DNA of 64,000 nucleotides from Octopus sinensis (Eukaryota). The translations under genes and the position numbers were made by a program. This document shows positions 39,860 through 54,642 of the stretch, piece by piece; within the stretch, counting starts at the first letter, position 1; each line of letters begins with the position of its first letter. The stretch is taken from NCBI RefSeq assembly GCF_006345805.1, contig NC_043012.1, forward strand, positions 43,586,001-43,650,000. Reading direction: 5' to 3'. The notes under the pieces were generated by a model. That model searched no databases and was not told the DNA's origin. It worked only from the letters and a program-made list of their open reading frames with translations.

Positions 39860-40240
39860 ATCAAGCATAGTAAATGAAAGAAAGCTTTAAGTGAGAATAT
39901 CTCAGAAATACCAGTTTAAGTATGGGAAGTAGACTCAATGGAAAAAACAAAATCAGAGCAATGAACCCATGGGCTGATTCCTTAATGCGTTACGGCACAA
40001 GTGTTGTTAGGTGGACAAAGAACGAGGTTGAGGAAATGGACAGGAAAATTAGAAAAGTGATGACAACAAGGATTTACACCCCAAAAGGCGATACTGGCAG
40101 ACTATATGTGCCTAGAAATAGGAGTGGAAGAGGTCTCATAGGATGCAAGATCTGCGTTGTCAACGAGAACAATCTGGGATGGTACATCAAGCAGCAGAGT
40201 GAATCTTTGCTTGCCGCTGTTAGAATTAACAATATAATAA
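39860..40240 (+). pseudogene. R4/Dong-type RT C-terminal fragment
   Basis: ORF 39922..40245: LNGKNKIRAMN...DRKIRKVMT...RLYVPRNRSGRGLI; preceded by (TAA)/(TGA)n. Confidence 0.8.
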
Positions 40241-40339
40241 TTTAGATAGGTTTCGGCCAGTATAGGCCCAGGCTATGTCTAACTTAATCGCACCAACTGG
40301 TGAAGTCTTTTAGATCGTGATTCACACCTCAGTCATATA

Positions 40340-41345
40340 TATTACACCATGACCCACACTAGCAAAGAGTTTTTATTGTTAGAAACATATCCGGGGTTAG
40401 GAGGTTCGTCCGGGAATTTTTGGAGAAATTTGTTCAGAGAACTTTTGAATCTTATGAGATCTGTTTCTGTTTTGATATATTTTGGTATAATATTAAAGAG
40501 AGCTGTGCCGGTTGAGGTAAAATAATTGTGTCGTATATTGTGTCTTGAGTTCGATTTTGGTAGTGGGCGGTGAGCACGGGGACCAAGTCTTGGGTGGATT
40601 TTAAAACTGATGCCAACATCATTTGTGAAATATTTATGGAATATTTCCACATCACACAAATGATGTAGCGCTTACGGCGGCGTTGGAGAGAGTAGAGATT
40701 GAGTTTTTTAGTCGACCCCAGTAGTCAAATCTCGTCATGCCGTCTATTTTTCTTGTTATTGACCTCTAGAGTGCTTCAACTTTCATAATGCTTTGCTTCG
40801 TGTGGGGAGACCACAGTGGGCAACAGTATTCAAAGTGGGGTCGGGAAAAAGTAGAGTAGATAAGGATGATGGTGTGAGCATCTCTAGACCAGAAAGTTTT
40901 CAGAATCTAGGAGTGTTCCTTGCGGGTCAAATCAACCTTACTGTTTACGTGGGAATTCCAGTTTAGATTGTTATCAACAATTACCCCAAGGCCTCTGGTA
41001 TTCTTGGATGACACTAGGAAGAACGCCCGAAGGAAGGGCATATGGAAGGAAGTTTCAGAGTATCCTCTTTTCTGAGCTGGACCAAATTAAACTTGTCTTC
41101 ATTTAGAAGCATATTTTTCTTTTCCGCCCATTGGACAACAGCAAACAGATCCAGCTGAAGGCATGTTCGGTCAACCACAGCGTTTATGGTCTTCTGGAGC
41201 TTGGAATCATCTGCCAAGATGTTTAATATACAATGTTTGATGACGTCTACTATGTTATTGATGTAGATAATGAAGAAGAGTGGGCCCAACACAGTACTTT
41301 GTGGGATACCAATACTGGCTTTGGCTGAGGTTGATCAGATTCCCT
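40340..41345 (-). pseudogene. CR1/L2-group LINE 3' fragment (RT and C-terminus)
   Basis: VLGPLFFIIYINNI...ILADDSKL (41014..41292); RPHFEYCCPLWSPH...YWGRLKKLNLYSLQRRRKRY; C-terminal FKSSLNKFLQKFPDEP...NSLLVW. Confidence 0.85.
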
Positions 41346-41917
41346 CAACCACAACATGTTGGGTTCGGCTCGTTAGAAAACACTTTATCCACTACAGCAG
41401 CTTTTCATGAACTCCAATAGGAACGTGCATTTCTTCGCGCAAGTACATCAGCTGCTGCGATTGATATTACGCGTACGCGAGAAAAATGCACGTGCAGTTT
41501 GCGCAAAAAAATCATCATGCTTTTCAATCTAGATCTACCTCCAGCTAACCCATTTGCCTGCATTGTTTTTGTCCTCCTTTTCTTCCGTCAACCTGTACAT
41601 AACTGCACCTTTCATTTTTTGTTGTTTTTGTGCTGCTAAAGGCACGTTTCTTTCCTGCCAAGCTTACTGTTTAAACCATGTTTGTGTTCTCCCAGTCAAC
41701 AGTCTTATCATTACTGGCACTTGAAACTCTTCGGTTGCATATTTGTGTGAATAAAATCGTTTTCTTTGGAATAGAAAAAAGTCTATCTTTATTTCTTCTT
41801 TTGCTGGAGTCTCAAATTTAGGTTAAATCAGTGTTTCTCAAAGGGGATGCCTATGGGACGGTCGGACAAGTTGTTTTGAGAAAATTTGGTTTAAACGTTT
41901 GACAACTCAGCACCTTG

Positions 41918-41976
<59 letters not shown>

Positions 41977-42441
41977 GTCTGTAAAGTTTAATTTTCTTCA
42001 ATATTTCCTTGCCATCCAAATAGGGTTGTACCTATCAATAATACTTTGTAATAATGCATTCGAGCGACGTACCATGAAAGGCAGTTACTCCTGCACCTCA
42101 GTAGGAAATCCATAACATCTTAATCATTATACCTTTATACTCGGATTTACTAATATATTCAAAAAATGAAATGATAAAAGTATTTTCAACAATTTTATCT
42201 TCATTAGTCCATTTGATCATGCACGAAGATAAACCATTTTTACTATGTAAGATATATTTTATTAGTCTTTGTGTAAACAAGGATTACTATTAGTCAACCT
42301 AAGGAATAGTCGAACATAAAAAAATAATTGGAAAAGGCAAACCAAAAGTAAAGACCGAAGATAACTCAAATAACTGAATTAATATTGTAATTAGCGCGTA
42401 AAAATCCTAGGAGATTCTTTTACCATTCCTTTTAAATAATG

Positions 42442-42576
42442 CAGGGGAGTGTGTATTCAATATAATGTGCAGAGAAAATATAATGTGCAGAGAAAATGAA
42501 TGATTTTTTGTTGAAAAAAAATAATCATTTATCGATTTACTATTGATTGAAATTATATTGAATACACACTCCCTTG
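42442..42576. mobile_element. 135-bp MITE-like inverted-repeat element
   Basis: caggggagtgtgtattcaatataat versus inverse caagggagtgtgtattcaatataat (24/25); internal tandem tataatgtgcagagaaaa x2; no clear TSD. Confidence 0.55.
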
Positions 42577-43239
42577 ACCTTCATGTTATTGTGTAATATA
42601 TTTTTCATCAACAACAAAAAAGTGTTAAAACTTCCAATTAAAGATTTTTGTACAAGGAGTATAATTGCTACACCAAAGCAATTTCTGTAATGTAATCAAT
42701 TACTAACATCTTCATTTTATAATATTTCAGCTCTATGCTTCTAATTTTCTACGATTTTCCTATTTAAATTTCTATATTTTTCCTAATTTTCATATTTTCG
42801 GAAGTTGCCATTGAAGTTACTATAGTAAAAAGATATTAAAATACATAATTAACAAAATATTTTAATTTTGAATACCAAACATTTCCTTACAAAGGTAATT
42901 CATCGTTTATTTTCGGTAATTTATCCTATCTCAACTGATAAAATTGTTTTTAAACATCCAGATTATATATCTTTAATATTTTATCTCTTCGAATTCAATC
43001 AGCGTATTCATTCACTTCCTCGTATATAATATTTACGTTTCAAAAGTGTCAAATAGAGCTCAAATACGATGCCACTAACTTTAGTTAAAATTTTTTTTCA
43101 GCCTCATACATCGATGTTCAGCCAATGCTGGCAATTTTAACTTCTTCTCGCTTTAATCCCTTAATGAACTATTTTAATCTGCAATGCTGATTTAAGTTTA
43201 TAATTAATAAGTCCCAGCCGAGACACTCACACACACACA

Positions 43240-43294
<55 letters not shown>

Positions 43295-43461
43295 GCGCAT
43301 AAACATGGTCAGTACAATTTTCTTTGAAATATTTAGAAATCAAAGGTGTAGAGCAATAGAAATACAAGTCGGGACTAAAACATTTTGTATATTTGAATTA
43401 AATTCCTGTGCGTGTTTAATTCAGATGTATGTCATACATACATGCATACATACATACATGA

Positions 43462-43499
<38 letters not shown>

Positions 43500-43569
43500 G
43501 TGTGTGTGTATGTGTACGTATGTATGTATGTATGTATGTATGTATGTATGTATGTATGTATATATATAT

Positions 43570-43615
<46 letters not shown>

Positions 43616-43771
43616 CAAAAGTGCAAACACGACGTAACCCGAAGAAATTCAAAGCTAGCTTAATCCAAGGTTAGAGAAAGGAAATCCAAGAATCAGGTTC
43701 TCCAAATCAGTCGGAAGGATTTAGAGGATCGCTGTGAAATGTGCGGTAATAGTTACATTAAACATTAAAAG

Positions 43772-44846
43772 CTGAGCAATAACAATGGAACATAACAATA
43801 ACGATAAGAAGACGTGCATTTGAAACTTATTAGCTTGACGCTCAGTAAAGGGAGAAAAAAGAGATTAGGCTCTTGATGTTTTGAGCGTAGCTCTTCAACA
43901 ATATAACCACACGCATGCTGTTCTCTGTTTCTGATGAAGAGCTACGCTCAAAACATCAGAAATCCACTCTTTTTTCCACCTTCACTGAGCTAATGCATTT
44001 CATACGTACTTCCTCTTGTTTTGTTGTCATTATTTTTTATAGTCCATGTTGATGTTCAACTTTTAATGGCCAAAGCTGCTACTCTGTGTTGATGAAAAGC
44101 AATAACCCAGAAACTAGTCCACAGATGTTTTGCACTAGGTGGGAGTGGCGAGATAGTGTGTCGTATAGCCAGCTAGAAACTATGTTTCTTGGAGCCAAAA
44201 GAACAGTAACATCGTCACTTACGGGACAACAAACTTATGTTGGCAAATAGTCTTTACTTCATTGAAGATAGTCCTGCCTCAAATTAAATCGAACAAAGGA
44301 ATGTACAACCATCCTTGACATCTGTAAGCTGAATAGCTAAATAAGTCCAGCATCACCACATAAACCTCCATCCCCATATTACTACCATTCATTCCACTTT
44401 TTCCATCACCTTCCCGTCCTTCCCACAAAATATGCACATAAATACCCAAATAATTCAATCAACCTTCGCATTGGTCAAAAGGGATAAACATCCTTGTATT
44501 AAACATCGATTAATGTTATACCGCCTGAAGAAATGGATCCATGAAGATGATCAACATGATGCCCAAGGATACTACGGACTACACTGTAATCATCCCAATA
44601 ATAAGGGCTGTGATCTTAAGAGACATGTGATTAAATGTTTATAAATTCCATCCAAGGATTATTGTTATTATTACTATATATATAAGTAAAGGCTATTTGC
44701 CAACATAAGTTTGTTGTCCCGTAAGTGACGATGTTACTGTTCCTTTGGCTCCAAGAAACAGTTTCTAGCTGGCTATACGACACACTATCTCGGCACTCCC
44801 ACCTAGTGCAAAACATCTGTGGACTAGTTTCTGGGTTATTGCTCAG
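43772..44846. mobile_element. Foldback/MITE element with ~160-bp TIRs, left TIR interrupted
   Basis: 44098-44259 is a near-perfect inverse of 44684-44843; the terminal ctgagcaataac (43772-43783) is the inverse of 44835-44846. Confidence 0.8.
43784..44097. mobile_element. PLE-derived insertion with inverted pseudo-LTR/hammerhead halves
   Basis: Perfect 24-bp inverted repeat 43874-43897 / 43935-43958; CTGATGAagagctacgctcAAAAc at 43931; flanked by agcaataac at 43775-43783 and 44098-44106. Confidence 0.7.
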
Positions 44847-44957
44847 TTAAGATCAGAAGTTATGAGAGTCAATGGCTGGTACATCATCAGGGTATATTAT
44901 TATTATTATTATTATCATTGTTGTTGTTGCTGTTGTTGTTGTTGTTGTTATTACTCA

Positions 44958-45137
44958 GGCGGCGAGGTGCCAGAATCGTTAGCACGCCGGGCGGTATTTC
45001 GTCTGTTTACACGTTCTGAGTTCAAATTCCGTCCATCCTTTCGGGTGTCGATAAAACAAGTACCTGTTGAACACTGGGGTTGATTGAAACGACTAGTCCC
45101 CTTCCTCAAAATGTCTGCCCTTGTAGCAAAATTTGAA
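44958..45137 (+). mobile_element. tRNA-derived SINE (family A)
   Basis: ggcggcgaggtgccagaatcgttagcacgccggg...gagttcaaattcc matches 62424; ends in (TTA)n. Confidence 0.8.
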
Positions 45138-45212
<75 letters not shown>

Positions 45213-45479
45213 AACTACTTTACTGCGGTCTTTTTTGTTCTGGAATTCAGGTATTCTCCTTGTGCTATGCATCGCTATGGTTTGTGCTCATTTTCTGCTA
45301 GTGGAGAAATCCAATTTAATAGTGTGCCGGTTAAAGATTCTATTGTATTTGTTCGGTTTAGGAAAACCCCTATCTACAGCGGCGAAAATTTAGTCGGAAT
45401 GTTAGTAGATATTTCCCTACAGAGTACTGCATTATACCACAGTGTAGCCTTCGATTTTTTTTTTCTTTTGTAGAGGTCA

Positions 45480-45960
45480 CTATTATTATTGTGAGTTTTC
45501 CTGAAGGTTTTATCCTCGAAGTTGTTATAATCCTTGTTTACGTTGGTAGTACACTGTACATTCCTTTTCGTAAGAGGGTTGTTGCCATTTTCGATGCCTG
45601 TCCTAGTATAGCTTAGGTTATTAGTTTTGTTAGGGGGTTTAATTGCTCTTTCTTTATCGCTTATACCACTGTTAATATTGCTAATCTTACTAACCCGGTC
45701 CAATATGCGATTATTTTTGATATTGCTACTCTGGGCGCTGCCTGCTAACTTTATATCTAGGAGGTTCTCAGTTATTAGTGCTATTCCCTGAGTTTGTAAT
45801 TACTAGGTTCCAGATTCCATCCCATCTTTTATGCTTTTCCGTTTGGTTTACGGACTTATATAGTACCCTATCCCTGCTTCTGTTAGCGCATTATTATATT
45901 GATTGTAAGAAAATGAAAGACAAATTTGAAATAACCTAAACCTTTACAGGTTGGAATATG
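45480..45960 (-). pseudogene. PLE post-RT fragment with Asn-rich linker
   Basis: Minus strand ISNLS...IYNNALTEAG resembles the PLE RT C-terminus, followed by N-rich sequence (ORF 45374..45703). Confidence 0.45.
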
Positions 45961-45990
45961 TTCCAAACATATTTGAACTGACGTAAAGTG

Positions 45991-46022
<32 letters not shown>

Positions 46023-46023
46023 G

Positions 46024-46134
<111 letters not shown>

Positions 46135-46389
46135 ATGTATGTATATATATATATCCAAATTTAGGGAATTTTTATTTTTATTCGCATACATAAAATAGCT
46201 TTTTACAGCTTATCGAATATTGATAAGGGCAAAATTTACATCACCAAATCCCAACTATTCCTGGAAGTTATTGTTTATACATTCTACGTGCGGCTAAAAC
46301 TTACTAACTTCCTACATCTGGATGCTTGTGTCCTACCTACATGCATGCATACACACACACACACCACACACACACACATATATATAGGA

Positions 46390-46433
<44 letters not shown>

Positions 46434-46554
46434 TGTGTGTGTGTGCGTGTGTAAGGATACTTTGTAGTATGTGTATTTGTATATACCTCTCTATATATAC
46501 ATATATATGAATACAAACACATATGCATATATAGTATAGTAGGCATCCGTCTGT

Positions 46555-47282
46555 CTCGAGAGGTCATGGAACTGCGCCGAAAGGAATCGTGTCAGCTGCT
46601 GATGGTGGTTCAGTGCATGTTGTAGCTGTACAGGCCGACACGGGAGGAGGAGTCACACATACATCGACTTCATTTGAAGGAGCTCTGCCGATGCTGCGGA
46701 TTATTTCTTTCCGTCGCGTGCGCTTATCTTTCATGGCGAGTACCTCTTTTTCCTCCGCTCTCTTCATTCCCTTTCGCAGTATAAGCCTCCAGTGTGGGTA
46801 ATCATTTGCAACCTCCTCCCATCTCAGGATGTCCAGATCAAGCGGTTTCATGTCTCTTTTACAAACATCTTTGAAACGAAGATGAGAACGTCCTCGTGCT
46901 CTTGTGACGGTAGCCAATTCTTCTTACAAAAGGTCTCTTGGAATCCTTCCGTCCAGGATGTGATGAATATGACCGAGCCAGCGCAACGACGCTGCTGGAG
47001 CAAGATGTGTATGCTGGGTATCTTTGTTCGGCTGAAGTCTTCAGTGCTGGTGATGCGTTCGGACTACTTGATGTCCAAGATGCGTCTTATATTGCAAAGG
47101 TGAAAGACGTTGAGACGCCGTTCCTGCCTAGAGCAGAGGCTCCACGTCTCGCTGCCATAAAGTAGTGTACTAACAACGCACACCTTATAGACGACGATTT
47201 TGTTGTTTGAATTCCTGACAAGCCTTTGAGAGTTTGTCCACGAGGTGCTGCATTTGCTCTTCGGTGTACGCTATTAGAGCTG
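46555..47282 (-). pseudogene. RTE-clade LINE 3' fragment, internally deleted
   Basis: ALIAYTEEQMQHLVDKLSKACQEF, then LLYGSETWSLCSRQERRLNVFHLR...QRRLRWLGHI...RARGRSHLRFKDVCKRDMK. Confidence 0.88.
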
Positions 47283-47372
47283 CATGTATGTATGTATGTA
47301 TGTATGTATGTATGTATGTATGTATGTATGTATGTATGTATGTATGTATGTATGTATGTATGCATGTATGTG

Positions 47373-47408
<36 letters not shown>

Positions 47409-47431
47409 CCCATGGAATATTATTATTATTG

Positions 47432-47498
<67 letters not shown>

Positions 47499-47513
47499 TA
47501 TTATTATTCTTAC

Positions 47514-47680
47514 ACAGGAATGGCTATGTGATAAACAGCTTGCTTCCCAACCACATGGTTCCGGATTCAGTCCCACTGCATAGCACCTTCGGCAAGTGTC
47601 TTCTATTTTAGCATCGGACCGACCAAAGCCTTGTGAGTTGATTTGGTAGATAGCAAACTGAAAAAAGCCCGTCGTATGCA
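47514..47680 (+). mobile_element. SINE family B
   Basis: tggctatgtg...gcttgcttcccaaccacatggttccggattcagtccc...ggcaagtgtcttct. Confidence 0.8.
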
Positions 47681-47690
47681 TATATGTATT

Positions 47691-48651
<961 letters not shown>

Positions 48652-48671
48652 ATATGTATATATATATATGA

Positions 48672-48705
<34 letters not shown>

Positions 48706-48722
48706 GTATATATGTATATATG

Positions 48723-48761
<39 letters not shown>

Positions 48762-48854
48762 GTATATATAAATATATATTTATATTCATATATTTATCTA
48801 TATAGATGGATGGATGGATGGATAGATGGATGGATGGATGGATGGATAGATGTT

Positions 48855-49213
48855 TTCGTGCTTCTGTGTTTGTCCACCCACCATTGCTTGACAGCCAATG
48901 CTGGTGTGTTTACGTAGCCGTAACCTGGCGGTTCGACAAAAGAGACGGATAGAATAAGTACTACGGTTACAAACAATAACTTCCTGAGTCGATTTGTTTG
49001 ACTAAAGGCGGTGTTCCAGCATGGCCGCAGTCAAATGATTGAAACAAATACAAGAATAAAAGAATATATATAGGCGCAGGCGAGGCTATGTGGTCAGAAG
49101 CTTGCTTCCCAACGACGTGGTTCAGTCCAACTTCGTGGCACCTTAGGCAATACAGCCTTGGGCTCCCAAAGCCTTGAGAGTGGACTTAGTAACGGAAACT
49201 GAAAGAAGCCCGT

Positions 49214-49251
<38 letters not shown>

Positions 49252-49480
49252 TTATATATATATATATATGTATGTATGTATAAGTGTGTGTGTGTCATTG
49301 TGTCTATGTTTGTCCCCCTCACGATCGCTTGACAGTCGATGTTGGTGTATCAGCAAAAGAGACCGATAGAATAAGTACTAGGCTTACAAAGAATGAGTCT
49401 TGGGGTCGATTTCTTCGACGAAAAGGCGGTATTCCGGCATGGCCGCAGTCAAATGACTGAAATAAGTAAAGGAATAAAAG
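48855..49480 (+). mobile_element. Tandem SINE family B tail plus full copy
   Basis: Tail 48855-49065 is homologous to 49310-49480; head ggcgcaggcgaggctatgtgg at 49073. Confidence 0.8.
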
Positions 49481-49563
49481 AACAGTATATATATATCAAA
49501 GTGTATATATACATATTTATATGTACAAACATACATACATACATACATACATACATACATACA

Positions 49564-49596
<33 letters not shown>

Positions 49597-50789
49597 GTAT
49601 ACACACATACACGTACACATGCATAAAATTACCACTGTAATTATACATTCAAGGCTGATCATCCATGGGTGATTCCTAATTGTCAGTGAAGTAAGCAGGA
49701 ATGCAATGCTATACGAAATCACATCCGCAAACCCAACAATTTGTCATATGAAATACATAAAAATAAAATATTCTAGATTTCGTTCTTTACTTTACACTAA
49801 TGCTGAACTTATTCTCATCATTTATTCACAAAACGTAAGTTAATGGGATGCAGTTAGTTACATGGTACAAATATTAGAAAATAGCAGAAGTAAATAGAGA
49901 ATTTTTACATGCTGTCAGTTGCAGAACTGCAGTGGATTACATGATACGAAATCATGCAATATTCATTTATATTACTTGATGAATGGCACGGTTGAAAATG
50001 ACGCGAAATCCCATTTTACTCCAGTTTCCTTTCGTTTATTTGACACCATACTTTGCACATACTCACTGAGAGAGTTTTATAATACATATATTAAAAACTG
50101 TTTATTTAAATTTATAGCAAATGTCATATGAGTCAAACTCTTAAACCTCGGGGTAAATCAATAGTAATACTCATTCCCTTTGGCTTAGAAATACAGACAG
50201 GAAAATGTCAATCGTGAAATGAAAGCAATAAAGATTAAACGAATTGGTCTGGACATTAAATAGCAGTTTAAAATATTGGAAAAGTATATTTTCAGTTCAG
50301 TAAGTAGATGTGTTTAGCATGCTCGCTCTAATAAACTTTAAAAATTGTCTACTCTATAAAATAAAGAAAACGGAAAAAAAGTTGTAAATAAGAGGCAAGC
50401 AGAACAATCAATATTAAGTTTCCTAAGCTTTTTCATCCATTAGTTTGTTTTTGAGGAAGGGAGTTTGCCTATAGTATTTGCAGAACCTCTGACACCGGTA
50501 AGATTGAAACCGTTAACGTTTTGCTCATTATTCTGCAAGTAAACAGTTGCTACTAAAACATGTCCAGGGAGAGGAGAGGACGAAACAAGGTAAGATTAAA
50601 GGACTAAACGTTTTGATTTGTACGGAGACTGGAAACGGACACATTATGTGTGACATGAGGAAGAGACACAAATGAGTTGGAAGTAACTGTATGGAGGTGA
50701 CATGATATCAACCAGCTACGTGGAGCAGACATGGCTATAGTGGTTGAGTAGAGAAAGAGAGGAGACAGCAGAATTGTGGACCAGACGTT

Positions 50790-51810
50790 AGAGCGTTTTT
50801 GGTGAGTGTTGGTACAACCACATTACTCTGCCGAAAATAAGTTAAACGAACACTGTGCTCTAGCAGATACTTCTCCTTCAGTCTTGATGCCAACAATTCT
50901 GATTTATCTTTTCAGAGGGATAAGTATCTGACATGGTCGTTCAGTTCAGCTTGGGAAAATTTCTGAGGTTCAAAGCTATCATCATCAGCCACATAATCTT
51001 CCTCGGCAGCACTATCGTGACAGTCAGCATCACCATCTTATGTTTCAATACCAACATCTGGTAGAGTTGGAATTGAAACACTTCCATTGTGAGTCATAGG
51101 TTCCATTGCAGAATCCAAATTGGGACACACAATTTTGTATTTACTCTTCATACAAAATCCTGTGACATTACTTTGCAAAAGTAACAGTCATTAAAATGGT
51201 CTTTCGGCTCCATTTCATTGGAATAGCAAAAGGCATGGACTTCTTCTTATTGAACAGTCATGTAAGCCATTTGAGCGAGCTGAGCAGATAAAAATGTGGC
51301 AACCTTAACATAGCTTATAAATCATCTTGATGTCTGGTGTTATTGTACGTTTTTGAGCTTTCACAATAAATGGTCCACAGGCATAACATAACACACCAGG
51401 AGGATTTCTACAGTCTTGATAGTGTTGACACTGTAAAACAAGTAAGAAAATAGAGACAAATGGTTATACTTATATTGAATTTGAGATGATGAATTATTTC
51501 CTCAGACCAATTGTGACTGAACAATTTGAGATGTTGAAATACCTATTTCATCAGACAAAACTTGGTTGGCTAATTTAAGATGACGAAATATAGCATCTGA
51601 ACTATACAGCAATGAATAATGTACTTAATTTTAAGGGTATGTTTTATGATGTAAACAATATACATGAATACATGTCATTAATTGGAATTTCTATATAATG
51701 CATGAGCTAAAACTAAAGACTTTCTCATCTTGATAACATGATATCAAAAAAACTAATTGTATGTTTGAAATCAGCATTAAAATTCATATACAAAATTCAC
51801 CTTGACCTAT
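50790..51810 (-). mobile_element. Chapaev3-like (CMC) DNA transposon 5' fragment
   Basis: After ttgttttacag the minus strand reads CRNPPGVLCYACGPFIVKAQKRTITPDIK...KKSMPFAIPM...PKDHFNDCYFCK...QKFSQAELND...SELLASRLKEKYLLE. Recalled as the Chapaev3 Cys/His-rich N-terminus; catalytic core absent. Confidence 0.6.
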
Positions 51811-51839
51811 GATTGATGAAAAATACTTGTTGTTCAGCG

Positions 51840-51975
<136 letters not shown>

Positions 51976-51984
51976 AACAACAAC

Positions 51985-54642
51985 ACCAATTATAAACAGC
52001 ATAAACCTAGCCGTCACTGAACTAATAGCCACTGAAACAAAAAAAAAGTGATATCACTGAGCTAAATGACTTAATATACGCAGCAGCCACTGCAGCCACA
52101 AAAGAAGCTGGATACTCACCCAAACCCGCCCAAACAGGAGTGCCACCACCCAAACAAACCCTGTGGATAAATAACATCCAAAACAAAATAAAAAAAATAG
52201 AAAAGACCTGTCGATTCTTAATGAAATCAGCAAACAATCAACGCTACTGAGCAATAAAAAGAAAACAAAAATACTCCGCAAATATAACATCACAGAGAAA
52301 GATTTGCCTGAGATAAAAGAAAAGCTGAAGCAAGATATCCTTGCCAAAGCACAAAGGATCCGCGGTACGAGAAACGCGAACGCTTCTTTGAACAAAACAA
52401 AAAGTTCAACTCCAACCCCAAAAAGTTCTACCAAGAACTAGGCAAAAATAAAATAGAAGTCACTGCAGCACCAACGGCAGAAGAATTGGAAGAATTCTGG
52501 AGAGAAATATGGTCGGCGAACGAACAACCAAAAAAAAGGAGTATCAAAATAACAAACTCGGCATCTGAACAACTTTGGACCCCCATAACAACTGAAGAGG
52601 TCACCCAGGCACTGCAAAGACTAAGCAACTGGAAGGCACCTGGGCATGACAAGATCCCCAACTTCTGGTTGAAATATCTAACAGGAATGCACAAAAAGCT
52701 GGCTGAAAACTTTAACAACATACTAGCAGAGCCAGAGACAATGCTGAATGGCTCACGAAGGGGAAATCCATCTTAATTCCCAAAGCAAATGAAACAGCAA
52801 AACCAGAAAACTACAGACCAATAACCTGCCTCCCTACTATGTTCAAGGCATTTACTGCAGTGATATCGCAAAGGCTGAACAAGCACCTGGACGAAAACAA
52901 ACTGTTCCCAGAAGAGCAGAAAGGATGCCGCAAAGGCTCATATGGCTGTAAAGATCAACTAATGATTAATAAAGCCGTAACTGAAGACAGCCACAGAAAG
53001 AAGAAAGGCCTCAGTATGGCCTGGATTGACTACAAAAAGGCGTTTGATAGCATCCTCCACACAAGGATCCTCGAAACACTAGCTATTAACAAAGTAGCAC
53101 CAACAATCATAAAATTCATAGAGCACTCTATGAATAAATGGCAAACAGTGCTACAGCTCCAAACAAAAGAGGGACTCATGAAAACCAAAGACATCCCCCA
53201 TTAGAAGAGGAATATTCCAGGGAGACACGCTCTCTCCACTCCTTTTCTGCTTGGCACTGTCACCTCTATCTGATATACTAAATAGAACTGGATGCGGATA
53301 TAAATGTTACGGCAAAACGATCAGCCACCTTTTATATTTGGACGACCTAAAACTATACGCTGCAAATGACAAACAGCTGGAAACACTATTAAAGACAGTT
53401 CATGGATTTACCAAAGAAATAGATATGAAATTTGGATTAGAAAAATGCGCCAAAGTAACCATGAAAAGAGGAAAACTAGTTAAGAGTAACAACATCACAC
53501 TAGATAAAACCAATGAAATAAAAGAATTAGACCAAAGCCAAACTTACAAATACTTAGGAATCCATGAACTAGATAAGACACAACACACAAATGAAAGAGA
53601 AAATAAAAAAAGAATACTATAGACGAGTTAGATCAATACTAAAAACAGAGCTCAATGCTAAAAACAAGATAATAGGTATCAACACTTTAGCTGTCCCAGT
53701 TATAAGTTACAACTACAATATCCTTAACTGGACACGAAATGAACTGACCAAAATAGATAGGAAATCAAGAAAAATAATGACAGGATCTAGGATGCATCAC
53801 CCAACATCTGACATAGAAAGACTATATATACAACGTATAGAAGGTGGTAGAGGCCTTATACAGCTGGAAAACTACTATAAAATAACCACCATAGGACTGC
53901 AAAAATATCTACTTCAGAAGGAAGGAAAACTGATCCAGATAGCGGCAAAACACGAGCAAAACAAAAAACTGTTCTCAGTATTTAAGGAAGCTGACAAATA
54001 CAAACAAGAAATCATACCACCTGATAAACATGAAAAAGAAGAAGAAGATGAAGAAACAACAAAAGCTATAAAACAAATGAAATCCAAACTAAAAATAGAA
54101 CAGCCAACATTATGGAATAACAACAGAAAAAATATGGTATAGGCACACACCAGAAAAGGTCACAGAAAACGAGAAAGCAACCATACTCTGGGATATGCCG
54201 ATACACACAGATAGAGAAATTAAGGCCAACAGACCAGATATAGTTGTCAGAGATCATGAAGAAAAAAAATGCTTTCTAATTGATGTATCAATACCGGCAG
54301 ATGACAACGTGTCTCTAAAAGAAATGGAGAAACTCTCAAAATACAAAGACCTGGAAATAGAGGTAACTAGAATGTGAAATCTGAAAACAGAAACAATTCC
54401 TATCATAGTAGGTGCATTAGGCATGATAAAAAAATATTCAGACAAATACATAACAAAAACACCAGGACTTACAAACACATATAACATACAGAAAATTGCA
54501 CTACTAGGCACTGCACACATCCTACGCAGAACACTTTCCATACAATAACCATCAGAGCATCACAACAAATCACAGCACATACCCAAGGCACACAGAGCTG
54601 CGCTCGGTAGTGAAGTGAAAGCACGCTATAAAAATACAACTA

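Noticed and set aside
50600-50790. Purine-rich, coding-looking segment
   Set aside because: All plus frames contain stops and no motif was recognised.
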